Source of the DNA: Pecten maximus
Taxonomy: Eukaryota
NCBI RefSeq assembly: GCF_902652985.1
Contig: NC_047017.1
Span: 3,906,001-3,970,000, forward strand
Direction: 5' to 3'
DNA length: 64,000 nt
Below are positions 1 to 13,845 of the stretch, in pieces (the first letter of the stretch is position 1; every line of letters begins with the position of its first letter). Below the pieces are notes generated by a model. That model saw only the letters and a program-made list of their open reading frames with translations. It was not told the origin of the DNA and searched no databases. The translations under genes and the position numbers were made by a program.

Positions 1-1129
1 CTGTCGTAGAAGGACGAAACAGCTATATGATGTCCCTAATATAACTGACGACTCCTAGAAAGACGAAACAACTATATGAAGCATTTTCTATTTTCATTTT
101 TGGCAGGTACTGCGTCTTTTTAACTTTTAGAGTAAATAGTAGAAATTAAGCTATCAATCAGTTATAACAAGCATATTTCATAAGGCAAGGTAGATGTTTT
201 TTTTTTGTAAAAAAACAGTCTTGTTTGATATTTCATTGCTAAGGTATATTGAAATATTTCTGGCCAATTTATAATTATTTTTTCACGTCAATGAATATTT
301 TGTTAACATTTTTTTTACAAGTAATAAGAACTAATTTCAATATATTACAGATTCGGTAAATGTTTAATGCTTAAACAACTACTATTGAAACTATTTCCTC
401 CTTGGAAAAAAGAACAAATACTTTAGATAAGACAATCAGATGATTCTGTCTTCAAAAATGCAAATTTAAATCTCAAGGTTATACGCAAGTTAGCAATAAA
501 TCACAGGATACACCTTCAAAAGGAATATAAGATTCCCAAATCACGAAAACTCAATAGTGGACTGTCATATTTAAAGAATTTAAATCGGTTTCGTGTATAC
601 CGAGAGACCAATTAACTCACTAGCTCGTCGTAATTGATATATGTTTCTCGTTTTCACTGATTACATAAGGGAATTCGGATAATATCAAAACGATATTCTA
701 TTCGCAGAGGTCGGTCATTAACTGTTAAATAATACCTACTGCTAAAGCAAAGGTTGCTCATGAATTGCTAAAAATGAAGTTCAAACAGTCTTTGATTTTT
801 TCATTTTTAAAATGGATTGACTTTTTGCGGTTTACCTGAGGAAATAATTATAATTAGTATTAATGGGCTATTTCTTTAAGTAAATAACATTATGGGTGAG
901 GCCAAGTGACTTCACAGCAGACTTCAAAAGATATGATATAGTCTTTGGAATGTACTGATCACTTTATTAGATATATACATGGAATCTGGCACCGCCTTCT
1001 TTTAAGATATGAGGGTTAATTTCATATCGCATTTAACAATTTGCTATCTACATATCGTGAAGATTATTAAGTCCGTTGTTTATTTATTTTACAACAATTA
1101 CGAAACAAGTTATGTCAAATTATATTCAT

Positions 1130-1309
1130 CATGCTTGTTTGTCTGGATGGAAGCGCCGCGAGGGGGTCTTACTTTTGAAAGAAACTGGAGTGCCCATGGA
1201 AAACATGTTCTGGCAGGTGACCCCATACCTTTTCACGTCCGATCGGGGAATCGAACCCTGGCTGCATAGGTAAAAGGCAAATGTGCTAATATGGTGCCAC
1301 CCGAACCCC
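1130..1309 (-). mobile_element. tRNA-derived SINE (degenerate)
   Basis: Minus strand reads ggggttcgggtggcaccatattag (A-box-like), ggttcgattcc (B box) and gggcactccagtttc (central conserved SINE domain). Confidence 0.7.
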
Positions 1310-3416
1310 TAGCCATTAAGTCCGTTATGTACATCTATGCTGGTAAAAGAGACAGATGTCTAAATATCACAAATTAACGTATTTGAAAAACTAAAACAGA
1401 CATGCATGCAATCATGTCAAAACATCATCGATAATAATTCAAATAATTTGTTTAAGAGTTATGGAAAATATTCTTAAATTCTCATATGCATCTTAAGGAA
1501 GCTGCTCAGTGAACCGTGACAAGGGTACTACTACTATTGAAAAAAGAAAAGTTGTTTTAGAATGATATTTTCAAGAAAGAGATGTTTTCATTATGCATCT
1601 ATATATGAATATATTATTTATTTATCAATCAATCCTTAATCTTAAAATAACAATACATGTATATTGTTAGTGTATACCAAAAAACGACCACCAATATACG
1701 AAACACTCTCCCTGTTCAATCTTGACAAAATGCAGAGAGATAATAAATTTTCCCGACGATGAATTTGAAGGTATCTCTGATAAGTCGAAGGCCACGTCAA
1801 GAATCTGGTGCCTCATTTCATGTACAGATATCTGTTAAACTGTTCAATGCTTTCAAAAGGACATATCATAATATTGTGATATAAAACCCCTCTTATTTCT
1901 AAATAAGATACGTCAGGTTTTGTTCCTTGTTCCGATTGCTGCACGGAAGCGATGAGAATCCAGCACGTACAGCCACCCCGAAGGGACGTGTGCAAAGGTG
2001 GGTTGGCTCCAGCAGTCCTGAAAACTCCGATAGCCAGACGGATAATGTTGGCCTGAGGGCATCACATCCGAAGCAGTTATATATCCCTTCGTCAAGTTAA
2101 CAAGTTCTGATTGTCTCGGGGTAGAGAATGAATGTCGGGTTCTATACAAACTTTCCTGATGACCGGAGCACTTTCATCTTTGGCGTAAATTACATCTCGG
2201 TGCAAAGTATTCAATAAAATGTTCCCTCGCTGAGATCTCATTCAATACCTGGATTTTTGATAGCAAGCGCAAAAACGTGGTGTTGTCAAAATCAATTTGT
2301 TATAAGGAAAGAAAAGTTTGATACGGGGTAGGTAGTCTAACGACAAATCTTCATATCAATGTAATTGGACGGTGCAACATCGTGGTGTACAGTCAGTTCA
2401 TTCTGATTGTCAACATTTGCCTTTGTTCAGCCAGGCATGACCACTGATAGCACGGCTTCACAGTGTAAGTGTAAAGACACAAGGAGGCCACCAACGGTAT
2501 ACTGCTCTTAAATGTAAGATCTTAAGAAGATATGTTTAATCAAGACACGATAACGAGTATATGTCGAGTAGGCTCTAGTTATCTTAACGGTCTCTCTCGC
2601 TAGCTTTAGGTCAAAGTTGCGCCGAGGAGAATAAAGCTAAACAGTGGCTGTATTTGTATCCAATGTAAATTGCAATGATAGCGCAATATCTTTGGCAATA
2701 TGTGGTTATCACCATGCATCGTTTAATTGTGTTTCGATGAGAAATTTTCCCTAAAAAAATGTAAAGGAAATTGATAGCGACGACTTCGAAACGTTATAAT
2801 TAATTTCATCTCAGTATCTTATGAGAATATGCCTGACTGGGAACAAAACGGGTCTATAAAAAAGTCCTTATCAGTTAATTACTGACGTCATTTTTTTCAT
2901 GAAGAACAAAGAAATGAACAGTATTATATTTTATGTCCGTTTTAAAAATAGAATTGTGATCAGTTTGGACAAGCGATAACATTGCCACAAAGAGGAAACA
3001 TGTAATGAAAGACAATTCCTTGATAACCAATTAACTTTATCTACGATAGTAAGTATACATCTATGACGTCATAATCATCATTAATATTATTTTCTTAAAT
3101 GAACTTTAAATGAAACTGTGGACAAAAAAGACTTCTCTATTTCGTTACATTGCGGTTTGATTTGGTGCTTCAGAAATTATTGGTATTATTTTTGTTTCTG
3201 ATGCTATATCTGTTTTTAAACAAGATGTCATACTAGTACTTTATTTTAAGAAAGTCAAGGATTCAGTAACACTCTAAATGTGATATTTTCGCCAATATAA
3301 CCTCTATCCTCTGAAGCTATATAAAATGAAACCCTAAATGTAAGTAAATAACTTTTACTTTGATCAGTTTGGACGTGCGACACTTACATTCGAGTACATT
3401 GATGTTGAAATAAATA

Positions 3417-3485
3417 GCTCGTGTTGGCGCAGTGGTTAGTACCCTCCCATTTCACCAAGACGAAAGAGGGTTTGGTTGCCCCACC
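3417..3485 (+). mobile_element. tRNA-like SINE head fragment
   Basis: tggcgcagtggttag A box, ttcacc loop and a decayed B box. Not a foldable tRNA. Confidence 0.45.
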
Positions 3486-4628
3486 GGCGCTATCCTATCG
3501 GTCAAAAATGGTGATAACAATTTTTACTATTTACCAAATTTACATGCGTTAATATTTAAGTGAATCAAACATGATGAGAAAAACAGGCTTTTTCTCAACT
3601 CTGAGACACCTTGAAGCTATCTTATAAAGGTGATGTCAGTAAATGAGCAGAAATAAATAAAACATGCAGATAAGAAATGGTCTCTATGTGATTGCTTAAT
3701 CGGATCACTATACGACTTCTGAATATTGATGAGAGTAATTAAAATAGAGTAAGTAAGTAAATCTATATTTTACTAAGGGTTCTATTTTTCTAACTTCTCT
3801 TTGGAAATCCCCACACTTTGCGCTTATTGTCACAGATAAACCCAAGGAGAGAACTCCAAACACTATATCTATTGTTAAAATTTGCTTCCCGCGGGTTGTA
3901 TCTTTTTCTTACTTTCCTAAGATTCAAGCAAACATCACTTTATGGCTGTGATGTTCCGTTTAGCGTCAGACAGGAGACATGAGACGTTATATATAATATG
4001 TCGGTTGCCATCGATATGAACAATCCGTTATAAACAAGTGAATCATTGTGTTTTATTTCGTGTGTTTGCCATCCATTTTCTGGGTAATACGTTTTGTACA
4101 TTTCCTGCGTTAGTATTCATTTCTGTCCGTCTGATATACAGTTAAACTGAACCATATACAACGGACATTGATCATCATAAATAGGCTTCATAAAATAAAA
4201 GTGGACCGAGCTCGTCTCATTGAAGACGTTTCTGACTCAACTACGCAGCACTTATCGTCAATGGCGGATCATTGGCAGAATAAGACAATGCATAGCTGTA
4301 AAAAGAAAATCCTTTGCAGTTGACATGAATCCGAATGTAGAACAACATTATCAGGAAAAAATATATATTTCGAACCAGAGGACAAGTATGTGGTCAGGCC
4401 ATATCAAGAAAATCTTCAAAATAGCAAGTTTTCATGTACCAAGAGGCTATCTATTGTGAAAATTATCCACAAGACGGTAGTCTTAAAGATGATCACTGCT
4501 AAAGCAAGCGACATGACGCAATGGAACAAAGTGCTATATACCCTTAACTTGGAAACCTTACAAATATGTTGTATTCATATATAGATTTAAATCATTGTCC
4601 GATCTAAATCGGCAGGTGTCAAGATAAC

Positions 4629-4658
4629 ATGCAAATGAGGCTCCCACAATGCAATGCG
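4629..4658 (+). promoter_or_regulatory. Octamer (ATGCAAAT) adjacent to an SPH/ZNF143(Staf)-like site
   Basis: atgcaaat-gagg-ctcccacaatgcaatgcg matches both consensus motifs. Function not shown. Confidence 0.35.
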
Positions 4659-5289
4659 AACAGCGAAAAACCTGTTATGATGCAACCTAGATGACGAAAC
4701 GAACACGACACATGAAATTCACACAAACTCTTGTTACATATACATTGCTGTGTATTGCTGTAGCCTCGCTTTCAATATGTATCCTCACTCTCCAGGTATA
4801 AGTGGGCTATGGATAGACAAGCATTTCCTGGTCCTGTTGGACATAATATTGTCCTGTCACGTCAGAGACTGTAGAAATAGACATCTGAAGGCAAAAGATA
4901 TGTTTGAAATATATATAGAAATATTTCTATACCTCATTACGCGAACGAAGTGCACCTTTAAGAAGTTCTAATTATTTTAAGACCATATAGAAACTTACAA
5001 TGACTCTTTAGGAGATACGACACGGTCTGGAAATAATAAACCGACTGTCATGAAAATACATATGAGTGATCTTTGTGCTACCATTTGCTAGGAATAACTA
5101 TGCCTTTCCAAACTATTTTTTCGATTTCTAGACTTTTTGAAGATAACAAAGATCAAAGCATAAAAAAATCCCCTATAAATGTTCAGTGGTTACAGGGAAA
5201 ATCCTTTTTTTTTTTGGAGAAACTACAACTTTATTCAAAACAACTATTTTGTTGATAAGGCAATCCTAAGCAAGGACAAACGGAACGGA

Positions 5290-6205
5290 CAGACATGATC
5301 ATGAACAAGGGGGACGAAAAACAAAAAGTAAACACAATACTATGAACCGAGGGGACGACAAGCGCACCGGAAAGGATACCTCATGAAGAGAGGTGACAAT
5401 AAATAAAACAGAAAGAAAACAGCAAAGGGGACGACCAACGAAACAGAAATAAATATGTATCATCTACCTAGGTGACGGCAAAGAAAACGGAAAGAAAACA
5501 TAATGTACTGAGATGACAACAAAGGAAATGGAACGACAATCGAAAATTAAAGAAAACCTAATGAACCGAAGTGACTATAAAGGAAATGTGAAAACCACAT
5601 CAGAGGGGCGACAAATGAAATATAAGGACGACATCACGAAACGAAGGGGACGATAAACAGAACAGAAAGACGACTTCATCAACCGAGTGGAGGACAAACA
5701 AATGAAACACCACATCACCAACCGAGGGGAGGACAAACAAATGAAACACCACATCACCAACCGAGGGGAGGACAAACAAATGAAACACCACATCACCAAC
5801 CGGGGGGAGGACAAACGAAAAGAAACACAACATCACCAACCGGGGTGAGGAAAAAACGAAAAGAAACACCACATCACCAACCGGGGGGAGGACAAACGAA
5901 ACAAAAAACACAACATCATCAACCGAGTGGAGGACAAACAAATGAAACACCACATCACCAACCGGGGGGAGGACAAACGAAAAGAAACACCACATCACCA
6001 ACCGGGGAGAGGACAAACGAAAAGAAACACAACATCACCAACCGGGGGGAGGACAAACGAAAAGAAACACCACATCAGCAACCGGGGGGAGGACAAACGA
6101 AAAGAAACACAACATCATCAACCGGGGGGAGGACAAACGAAACAAAAAACACAACATCATCAACCGAGGGGAGGACAAACGAAAATACAAACATCATCAA
6201 CCGAA
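5290..6205. repeat. 39/40-bp minisatellite (degenerate before ~5670, homogeneous after)
   Basis: Unit caaacgaaaagaaacaccacatcaccaaccggggggagga, with periods of 39 and 40. Confidence 0.93.
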
Positions 6206-6754
6206 TGACGCTAAACAATTAGGAATATATTAAAAACATAGACCAATTCCAGTTGATGAGATCATAATTCTGTTGTTTGTTTTTTTTCGTTTTTTTATTA
6301 GCTTTATAACACAAATTGGTCTACGATTTCTCATTAAAATATATAAATATAGAAACTAATACATGACATTCAGAAATGAGTATGCTGGAAAGATGTCGAG
6401 CAATTTCTAGTCATATATGGCACTATATCAAATTAGCAGAGAAAAAGGAATAAATGTCTGACTGAAAAAATAATCCAAACGTCATATCATACCACATGTT
6501 TATATAGACGAGGCGATATATGCAAGGCTATAGATTCATTGTTTTTTTGTTGTTATAAAACAATATTAACCGGCCTAGCGGGTTCCTGTAATGCAGTGGG
6601 TGTTCATATGCCTATACCTCGCAACCGAATGAAGTTCATTGCTTACATATTCATATTTTCACCCTTTACCTTTAAGGGAAAAAATGTCATTGCGACGGTA
6701 AATAAAGTGAAACATATTTCCAAGAGCCTCTGGAATGTAAAGTTAGCGGAACAA

Positions 6755-6990
6755 CATCTCCAACTGAGGGAACGACAAACGAAAAGAAAAGACAATATAA
6801 TCGACCGAGTGGACGAAAACGAAAAGGGAACACAGCATCATGAACCGAGGGGACAGAAAATCAAAAGAAAGACAACATAATCGACCGAGGAGACGAAAAT
6901 GAAAAGAAAAGAAAACATAATCGACCGAGGAGACGAAAATTAAAAGGAAAGACAACATAATCGCCCAGAGGACGACAAGCGAAAAGGAAA
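6755..6990. repeat. Second, diverged cluster of the 39/40-bp repeat
   Basis: Repeats of aacataatcgaccgaggagacgaaaat..aaag, related to the 5.3-6.2 kb unit. Confidence 0.75.
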
Positions 6991-9900
6991 TTGTCAATGC
7001 CTCCACTCCCTTTCCCGGGACAGATTTTTTTTTTTTTTCGTTTTCTTTCATGTAGTTGCATGTGAGCTGAATGCATGCCTGATATGGGTGACAGAGTACA
7101 CTGTTTAGAAGGGTACAAATCATATATGCACCTTGTGTCAATTTACCAAATGGAACTATATAAATTTGCATAGTGTCACAATAACGCGAATGTGCATAAT
7201 TAGGGTGTATAAACAGTGTTACATGTACAGAGTTTGATGTATATATAGACAAATATTTGGATATGTGGTTACCATGGTTATATACATATATGTGCGTGGT
7301 TACTCTTTTGAAAATTTTATATGAATTGAGAATGGCTGCTGACACACAGATCTACATAAAAGTAGAAAAAAAACTTTACAGCTTGAAAAATGAAAATGAT
7401 GTGCGTAAAAATAATATAAAAATTAAAACAGAAAAAAAAATCAAAAAATAAATAAAAGATAATAATAAAAGTATACGTATTTGTATAATAATTTGATTTA
7501 GAACAAAAAAATTCTTCCCTATTTCTGACAGTAGAATAGAAATATACCAAACCAAAAAAAAACTGTCTGTTTGTTAACCTCTCATGTTTACAATAATTTC
7601 TAAATTATTAAATTATTACACTACCAACTCAGAACAACCACTGTATGACGTCCAACAGATTCAACAAGAGAAAAAGGGAGACAACTGTTACTAGAACGAT
7701 AAAACCATATGTTAAAAGCTCCAAACTATTTATCGTGTGAGTGGTGACCATTAAAAATACTGGTGCTGTGTTATATCACGCTAAATAGTGTCATAATTAC
7801 TATGGAAACGAGTCACAAATTTCAAATTAAACCCCAGTCTGGCAATCTCGTCTGACAAGAGAACTATTATAGTCTTCGCCGTACATCGTTGCTTATGTCA
7901 TAACGGAGTGTGGAGAAAAAAAAGTGGTTTAATATCCGTCAATCCGCAATAAAAATACACAAACATTACATTATTTAAAAAAACAAGTTGGAGGCTGACT
8001 GGGTGCACCGTATCTGAACCAGTACAAAATACTTAAATGGTATTAAAAGCAACCTTCAGACAATTTGATATACATCCTATGGTAGTCTGGCGCGAGGAAT
8101 ACAATACTTTCATATTCAGGCACAGACATCCAGAAAGCATCAGTTAATCATCAAATCTAACGACTGTGGTCAATATAAGTTTTAAAAACACTTAAGCAAT
8201 CAGTCGGTGTAGAATGTCAAATCTAACACAGTATGGATGAATTATGATGTTTTAAAAGCCAGTATATATATTCCAACGTTGGGTATTCTCTGTCATATTG
8301 CCTCCTCTATATCACCATAGTGGAGCGATCTGTTTCCATCTGTCGTCTGCTCAGCAAAATCAATAAAGAATAGAAAATAGAGGCCTCTCATAATATTTGT
8401 TCAACAAACGAATGATTGGTGTCATGTTTCACCCGAAGTTGTTGCTAAGCAATTGATCATCAACACCATAATATAATCGGTCGGAAGACAGTGTTGCTTT
8501 AAAGAAATACAATTTGCTTCATGGCATTGAAACCTTTCAAGCTCTGTCGTAATGAATATTTCAATTACATATCGGGTTTCCCAGCTAACAATATCTGATC
8601 GATGATTAAATATGAAAAGTAAACCCCTAGAAGCAGACAATAGCCGTTTCGAATTACATGTTGAACGACTGTTTAATTGTGCCCTATGTACATCATTCTG
8701 AAATCGGCGACGGAGAGAACTTCGCTGAATCTGAGACCAAAATAAATACATTGTACTATCTCGTGCGGTTTGCATTATTGCCGTCAATATCATGGAAATA
8801 TTCAATCGTAAATGTCCTTTTCATGCCATCAAACGATATTGTATTAGTTAAGACCAACTCCAATCGGTGCTATACAATGTTCTTTAACTGCAATTAAAAC
8901 CAAGATCAGCCACGGACATTATTGTTCTCCGATTTGACAAAAGCTATTTGCATTTTAGAGTTTGTTTTATATAGCGCAATTTCCCTAATACATAAATCTA
9001 GTTAATTGTATGGCACGAAAAATCATTATGAGCGATTTCACTGAAAATTAATGTATTATATAAATTTAAAATGACAAAGAGTATGCCTAAATCTATATTA
9101 TCTTATTTAATACCATTGATTCTTTGAAAAGACACATTGACGAGTAAAAAAATCCGGAATAGTATTTCATTTATTGATTTACACTATGCTATACAAAATA
9201 AAATATTGATTTATGTATCGTGTGGTTAGCGAAATACGAAGGAAGGGAGATAACCCATTCCTATTTTTCTGAAAAATTCTAAACCTCAAACCTACGTGCT
9301 GGGATACATAGTGAAAATTTAAATTTTATCGATACAAAATTTACAATGATTATGCACTTGCAATACGTAAACCTTTATAAAATGAAATAAGAAATGAACT
9401 TTATATATGTGTTTGTCTTTTAAAAAACAACAAAAAACAAAAATAAATAAATAAACAAATAAACAAACAAACGTGTTTTATTATCGAGCAGCATTATCAC
9501 ACCAACTGTTTCATTTGGTGAAAAGCGTAAGCTTCTCAGCTACATTTCCTCTAACGCCTTAAGTCTATACAAACCTAGAAACCGTATACTGTTGGTGAAG
9601 ATTAAGTCTAGGAATTTATGGCATATCTGTTTCAGAGGGCGACGTGATGTTTATGAGAACTGTAGAGCCAGAAAAGTGACATCTCAATAGTTACAGCAAT
9701 GCATCATGGGATATTTATATTGGTGATATAGAAACGTCGTCCGCAGAAACGGTCTACAGAGTACCTAACGGTTCCCTGGTCATAAATCAACACATAGCTA
9801 TTTGCTTCTTTACACATTTATGACTAAAAGGTTTTTGATCATGTATATTGTATAACACGAGGTTAGATTTAATTTTATTGTGTACTTTTACATGTAGTTA

Positions 9901-12781
9901 TATAATAAATTTTAATAGATTTTGTAATAATATTGTCACGTTAACTTTGCAGAGGTTTTTGGTATTTTATTACAGCGCGGTAGACAGGAACCACGTGTGG
10001 TGCAGGAAAGGATCCGGACAGCTGGTTAAGCATCCGTTGTTTTTGAGACATGTTGTTTTCCTTTTTGCTTCGGTTTCTACTCTGATGCATTCGGTTCATT
10101 TCTTAAATAGTCGTTTGACCCGTTATCAAGGTAATGACACATTCATAAGATCAATTACGATATAAGCTCAGTTTGATACGGTATAAGAAAGTATATCTTC
10201 GATCTCAATGTTCCAAAATCAAAATTTGAAAATGAAAACAATGGTTAGTAAAAATATTGCCCTTATATGGTATCAAGCCAATACTAATTTGTGAAAATCA
10301 GTATCAATTTATGTAACCATTGGATTTCATATTAATTACTATCAATATTCAACACTTAATAGCTAAACTTTATTTATTTCACAACCATGAGACAATTTGT
10401 AACCATTTATATCAATTATCAATTTATAAGTCCGGAGAAAAATTCGGCGGCCGGTCATCTTGATAAAAAAAAATCCGAGACCGTTATCCACTGTGCCCTA
10501 CGAAAACCTCATTAATGCCAAAGAGATTAATCACCACGTGTTTTATCTATGTCACTCACTGTTACAACTTATATTTAATCACTATATAAATCAATACAAA
10601 ATGAAAAACGAACGAAAACAAAAATAATAGTTAAATGAAACTGGCGAAAATAAATGTTTCGCAAAATATAAAGTCATTTTAATGCTTACAATAGTTGGAT
10701 TCAGGGATTCCCCGGTAAGACATTGTTTCTCAAACTATTGCTAAATTATCTGATAATCTTTAATCTTAATTCAAAAACCACGAAACTAGGAAGGCCAATA
10801 CAGTTTTGATTAGATATTGATTAACAATCAGTTGTTTTCACATGACGGTTCTAAGATGTTAAATATGCCGTTTGTTGGCTTTATGTTACTGCTGAACATC
10901 TTATAATCAAATTTAGGTCATTTGAGGTCGGCAAATACAATGAATTGACATTATTTATGTATATGTACTTAGTTTCATTCTCCGCATTTATTGTAAATTA
11001 CGTTGGCTGACAAGGTATCATAAACTAAAAAAACTGGAAATGTTCTTTTAACTGTACCTGGGAAACAGAAAAAGAGGCCCACTCATACGAATGGGCGTGA
11101 ATTATGGATGGTGTCTAGCCTCTAAGACATAAATCGTCATTTTTATTTTCATGTTTGATTGTCTGAGAGTAATTTAGCGTGACGCCTTGAAGCATTGCTA
11201 TGGTTTTCTGTGCCAATCGGATGTGCTTCCTGTGTGTTATTCCAAACCGGAAGTTAATCCAGAGCAGATCACCTGATATGGCGCCATTCTAAATATCGGA
11301 CATCTCCCTTAGACAAATGTAAAACACGTATTAATCTTCATCCACGTGCCTTTAACTTCCTATGTCTGAAATAAATACACATGATCAATGTCAGAAATGT
11401 ATTCCAACACAAAAAGCGCCCGCTTTGAGACTGGTACATTGCCATTAAGTCGACGACTATGTAACAAAGATAGATGATATTTATCCCAAATCATTTCCGA
11501 CTCGCATGCATTACCATTGTAGTGATTCTATGGAGACCAGGGACAGGGTCTTGTATTGGAGATAGCAATACCAACCGATATGTCCAATGTAACCCGACTC
11601 ATCTTCGCTCTTCGATCTTAAACACTGAGAAACAACATATGACATGCAATTCAATATACAAAAATGTTCGGATTTTTTTTACCCAATTTTACATTTCTAT
11701 TTTAACAAATGCTTATACTTACGATTAAGAAAAACAGCAACAAAATTGATTGAATCACATATTTCAATAACACAGTAATATATCGTTAAATGTTTGTGAC
11801 TTAAACATATTTTATTTTCTAGACACAATTGGCTGGGCATCATTACATAACATATTATGACATTTTTAACATTGAAAAGTCCCGAACGTTTCCTTTCCCA
11901 TGTTTCATTTTAGGAAGAATAAAATAATTTTAAATCTATTTCTATCAAAATGTTATTAAAGTCACGAAGAGAAGTCACCTACAGACGGCCGAACAGTTTT
12001 ATGGAAATTGATTGCTTAATACAAATTGTCAAATCATTTAGCTGATGTCTATCGCTTATTAAAGCACTTTATTACTGATTTTCGGAAAATGCATAACGTG
12101 CACGACTGTATCCTTATTACACAAGTTAAGAAAATAAGATAGGAAACGTAATATAGTTTTATTTCTTTACTTATTTATTTATTTTGTTTCATAGTTCTTA
12201 CACATTTCTATAAAAACCAAAATAACAACATGTAAAAGCGCTGATAAAATGATACAAATAAAGACATTTGTGATTAGGAATGTATAAATGAACAGTGATT
12301 AAAAGGAGGTACGCGTCTTTGCTGCAAAATCAAAGGAAACAATTCCGTGCATTAAATCGAAATTTAACGGCATATGAAGAAACCTACCCAAGACCACCCA
12401 TCAATAAAACCATCTTCGTGGTGTCTCTATCTTCGTGGTGTCTCTATCTTCTTATCTCTACAATTATTTATTTAGGAGACACTTTTTTCTCTCTACATCT
12501 TCTGCTTTTTATCATCAGATTTTGCTGTATCAAAATACTTTTGAATGCGCACAAAAAAATCGTGAATACTAGCAAAAAAAGTCATTTTCATTTTGGTTTC
12601 TGATGAATTATTTCGATGGAAGGACTATTTAGGTAACATTGTGGTAGATCAATACATTAGAGAAATGTTTTCATGAGGTGAGGTCTTTTTGCATCTAATA
12701 TTTACATTCACTAACACTTGCGGTGTTTTGTAAATATCGCCCATTTTGCCAATTTAGAAAACCTTATTCTTATTGCAGGCA

Positions 12782-12816
<35 letters not shown>

Positions 12817-13628
12817 CTATATGAGTTGGCATTGTATGAATACGCTTAAAAGTAATAGAGATATTTGCGATGTTGGGAGGAGACGAATGCACGACCATAT
12901 ATCAGAAGGAAAGGAAAGACAACAGTGAAAGCAAAACATGGCATGAGATATAATGAACATTGACCAGCTGAAGTATGGTATAGCGCAAGGTTAACAAATG
13001 CCAGCTGAGTCGAGTAAGATCACTCGCTCTGTCTAAAATCTTAATACTTTAAGATTTTTTTGTGAAAAATTTCCTAATTATTCTTCAAAAATTGTAAAAT
13101 AAATTGTAAATGAAGGAGACTTCTACATTCTCTCCCTCCATTGCCACTAATTATCACCCCATATCTACTCTTCTTAATCTCAAATTTTCAAAAAATAAAA
13201 TCACTTTAGTTAAATTCTAATGTCATCTAGTGTAAATAGTTGTGTTGTATACTGTTTAAGGGAAAGGGCTTTATATTAGTTGGAAAACCTTTGCCTGGTC
13301 CCGTTGTATATTTACGATACAATAGAATATGTTTAAATCAAAATGCACGACCATTGTTATACTGGATCAAATGTCATCTATTCCTCGGTAGACCTAATGG
13401 CTGCCCGCGGTCATCTGTAGGAGCCATATTTGTAGCGAGATAGGTTTCTAATGTATTTATGAGGCATAATCGCAATTAATCTTCGCTTGTATTAATGTTA
13501 GAAAACGTTCTGATTTTTATTTTCAGTAAATAAGAAATATTTGACATTCATTAATGCAAACTAAATTAATCCGTCCATCTGAGTCGAGATACTTGTAATA
13601 AATGGTTGTCTGTATTAGAAAATATGTA

Positions 13629-13845
13629 CTGCATATTTGGTAATATTTGTGTGGGATTTAATATCGCTACATTCTCAGTGGTCATTAAATTTTTGCGCGA
13701 AAAGAAATACCCAGCGAATATAGATGTCTGTTACTGCATAACGTTTAAAAGACAAAGTTGCGCGAAATTTTGTACCCGCGAATTATGTCAGTTGGGACAA
13801 CCGCGAAAAACAGTATCAGGCCCGTGAAATTTAACAATTCCACAG
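13629..13845. mobile_element. TA-flanked MITE (CTG...CAG termini, cgcgaaa subterminal motifs)
   Basis: ta|ctgcatatttgg...aattccacag|ta with repeated cgcgaaa motifs. Same architecture as 48955..49156. Confidence 0.6.

Noticed and set aside
1813-2260. GC-richer segment with short ORFs
   Set aside because: No recognisable domain in any frame, and stops interrupt extension.
5575-6222. Repetitive ORFs on both strands
   Set aside because: Translations of the 39/40-bp minisatellite. Mixed unit lengths break the frame.
8422-8897. FQCHEANCISLKQHC (LDLa-like) and HVERLFN (hAT-like) peptides
   Set aside because: The remaining conserved residues are absent and there are no supporting splice signals or termini.
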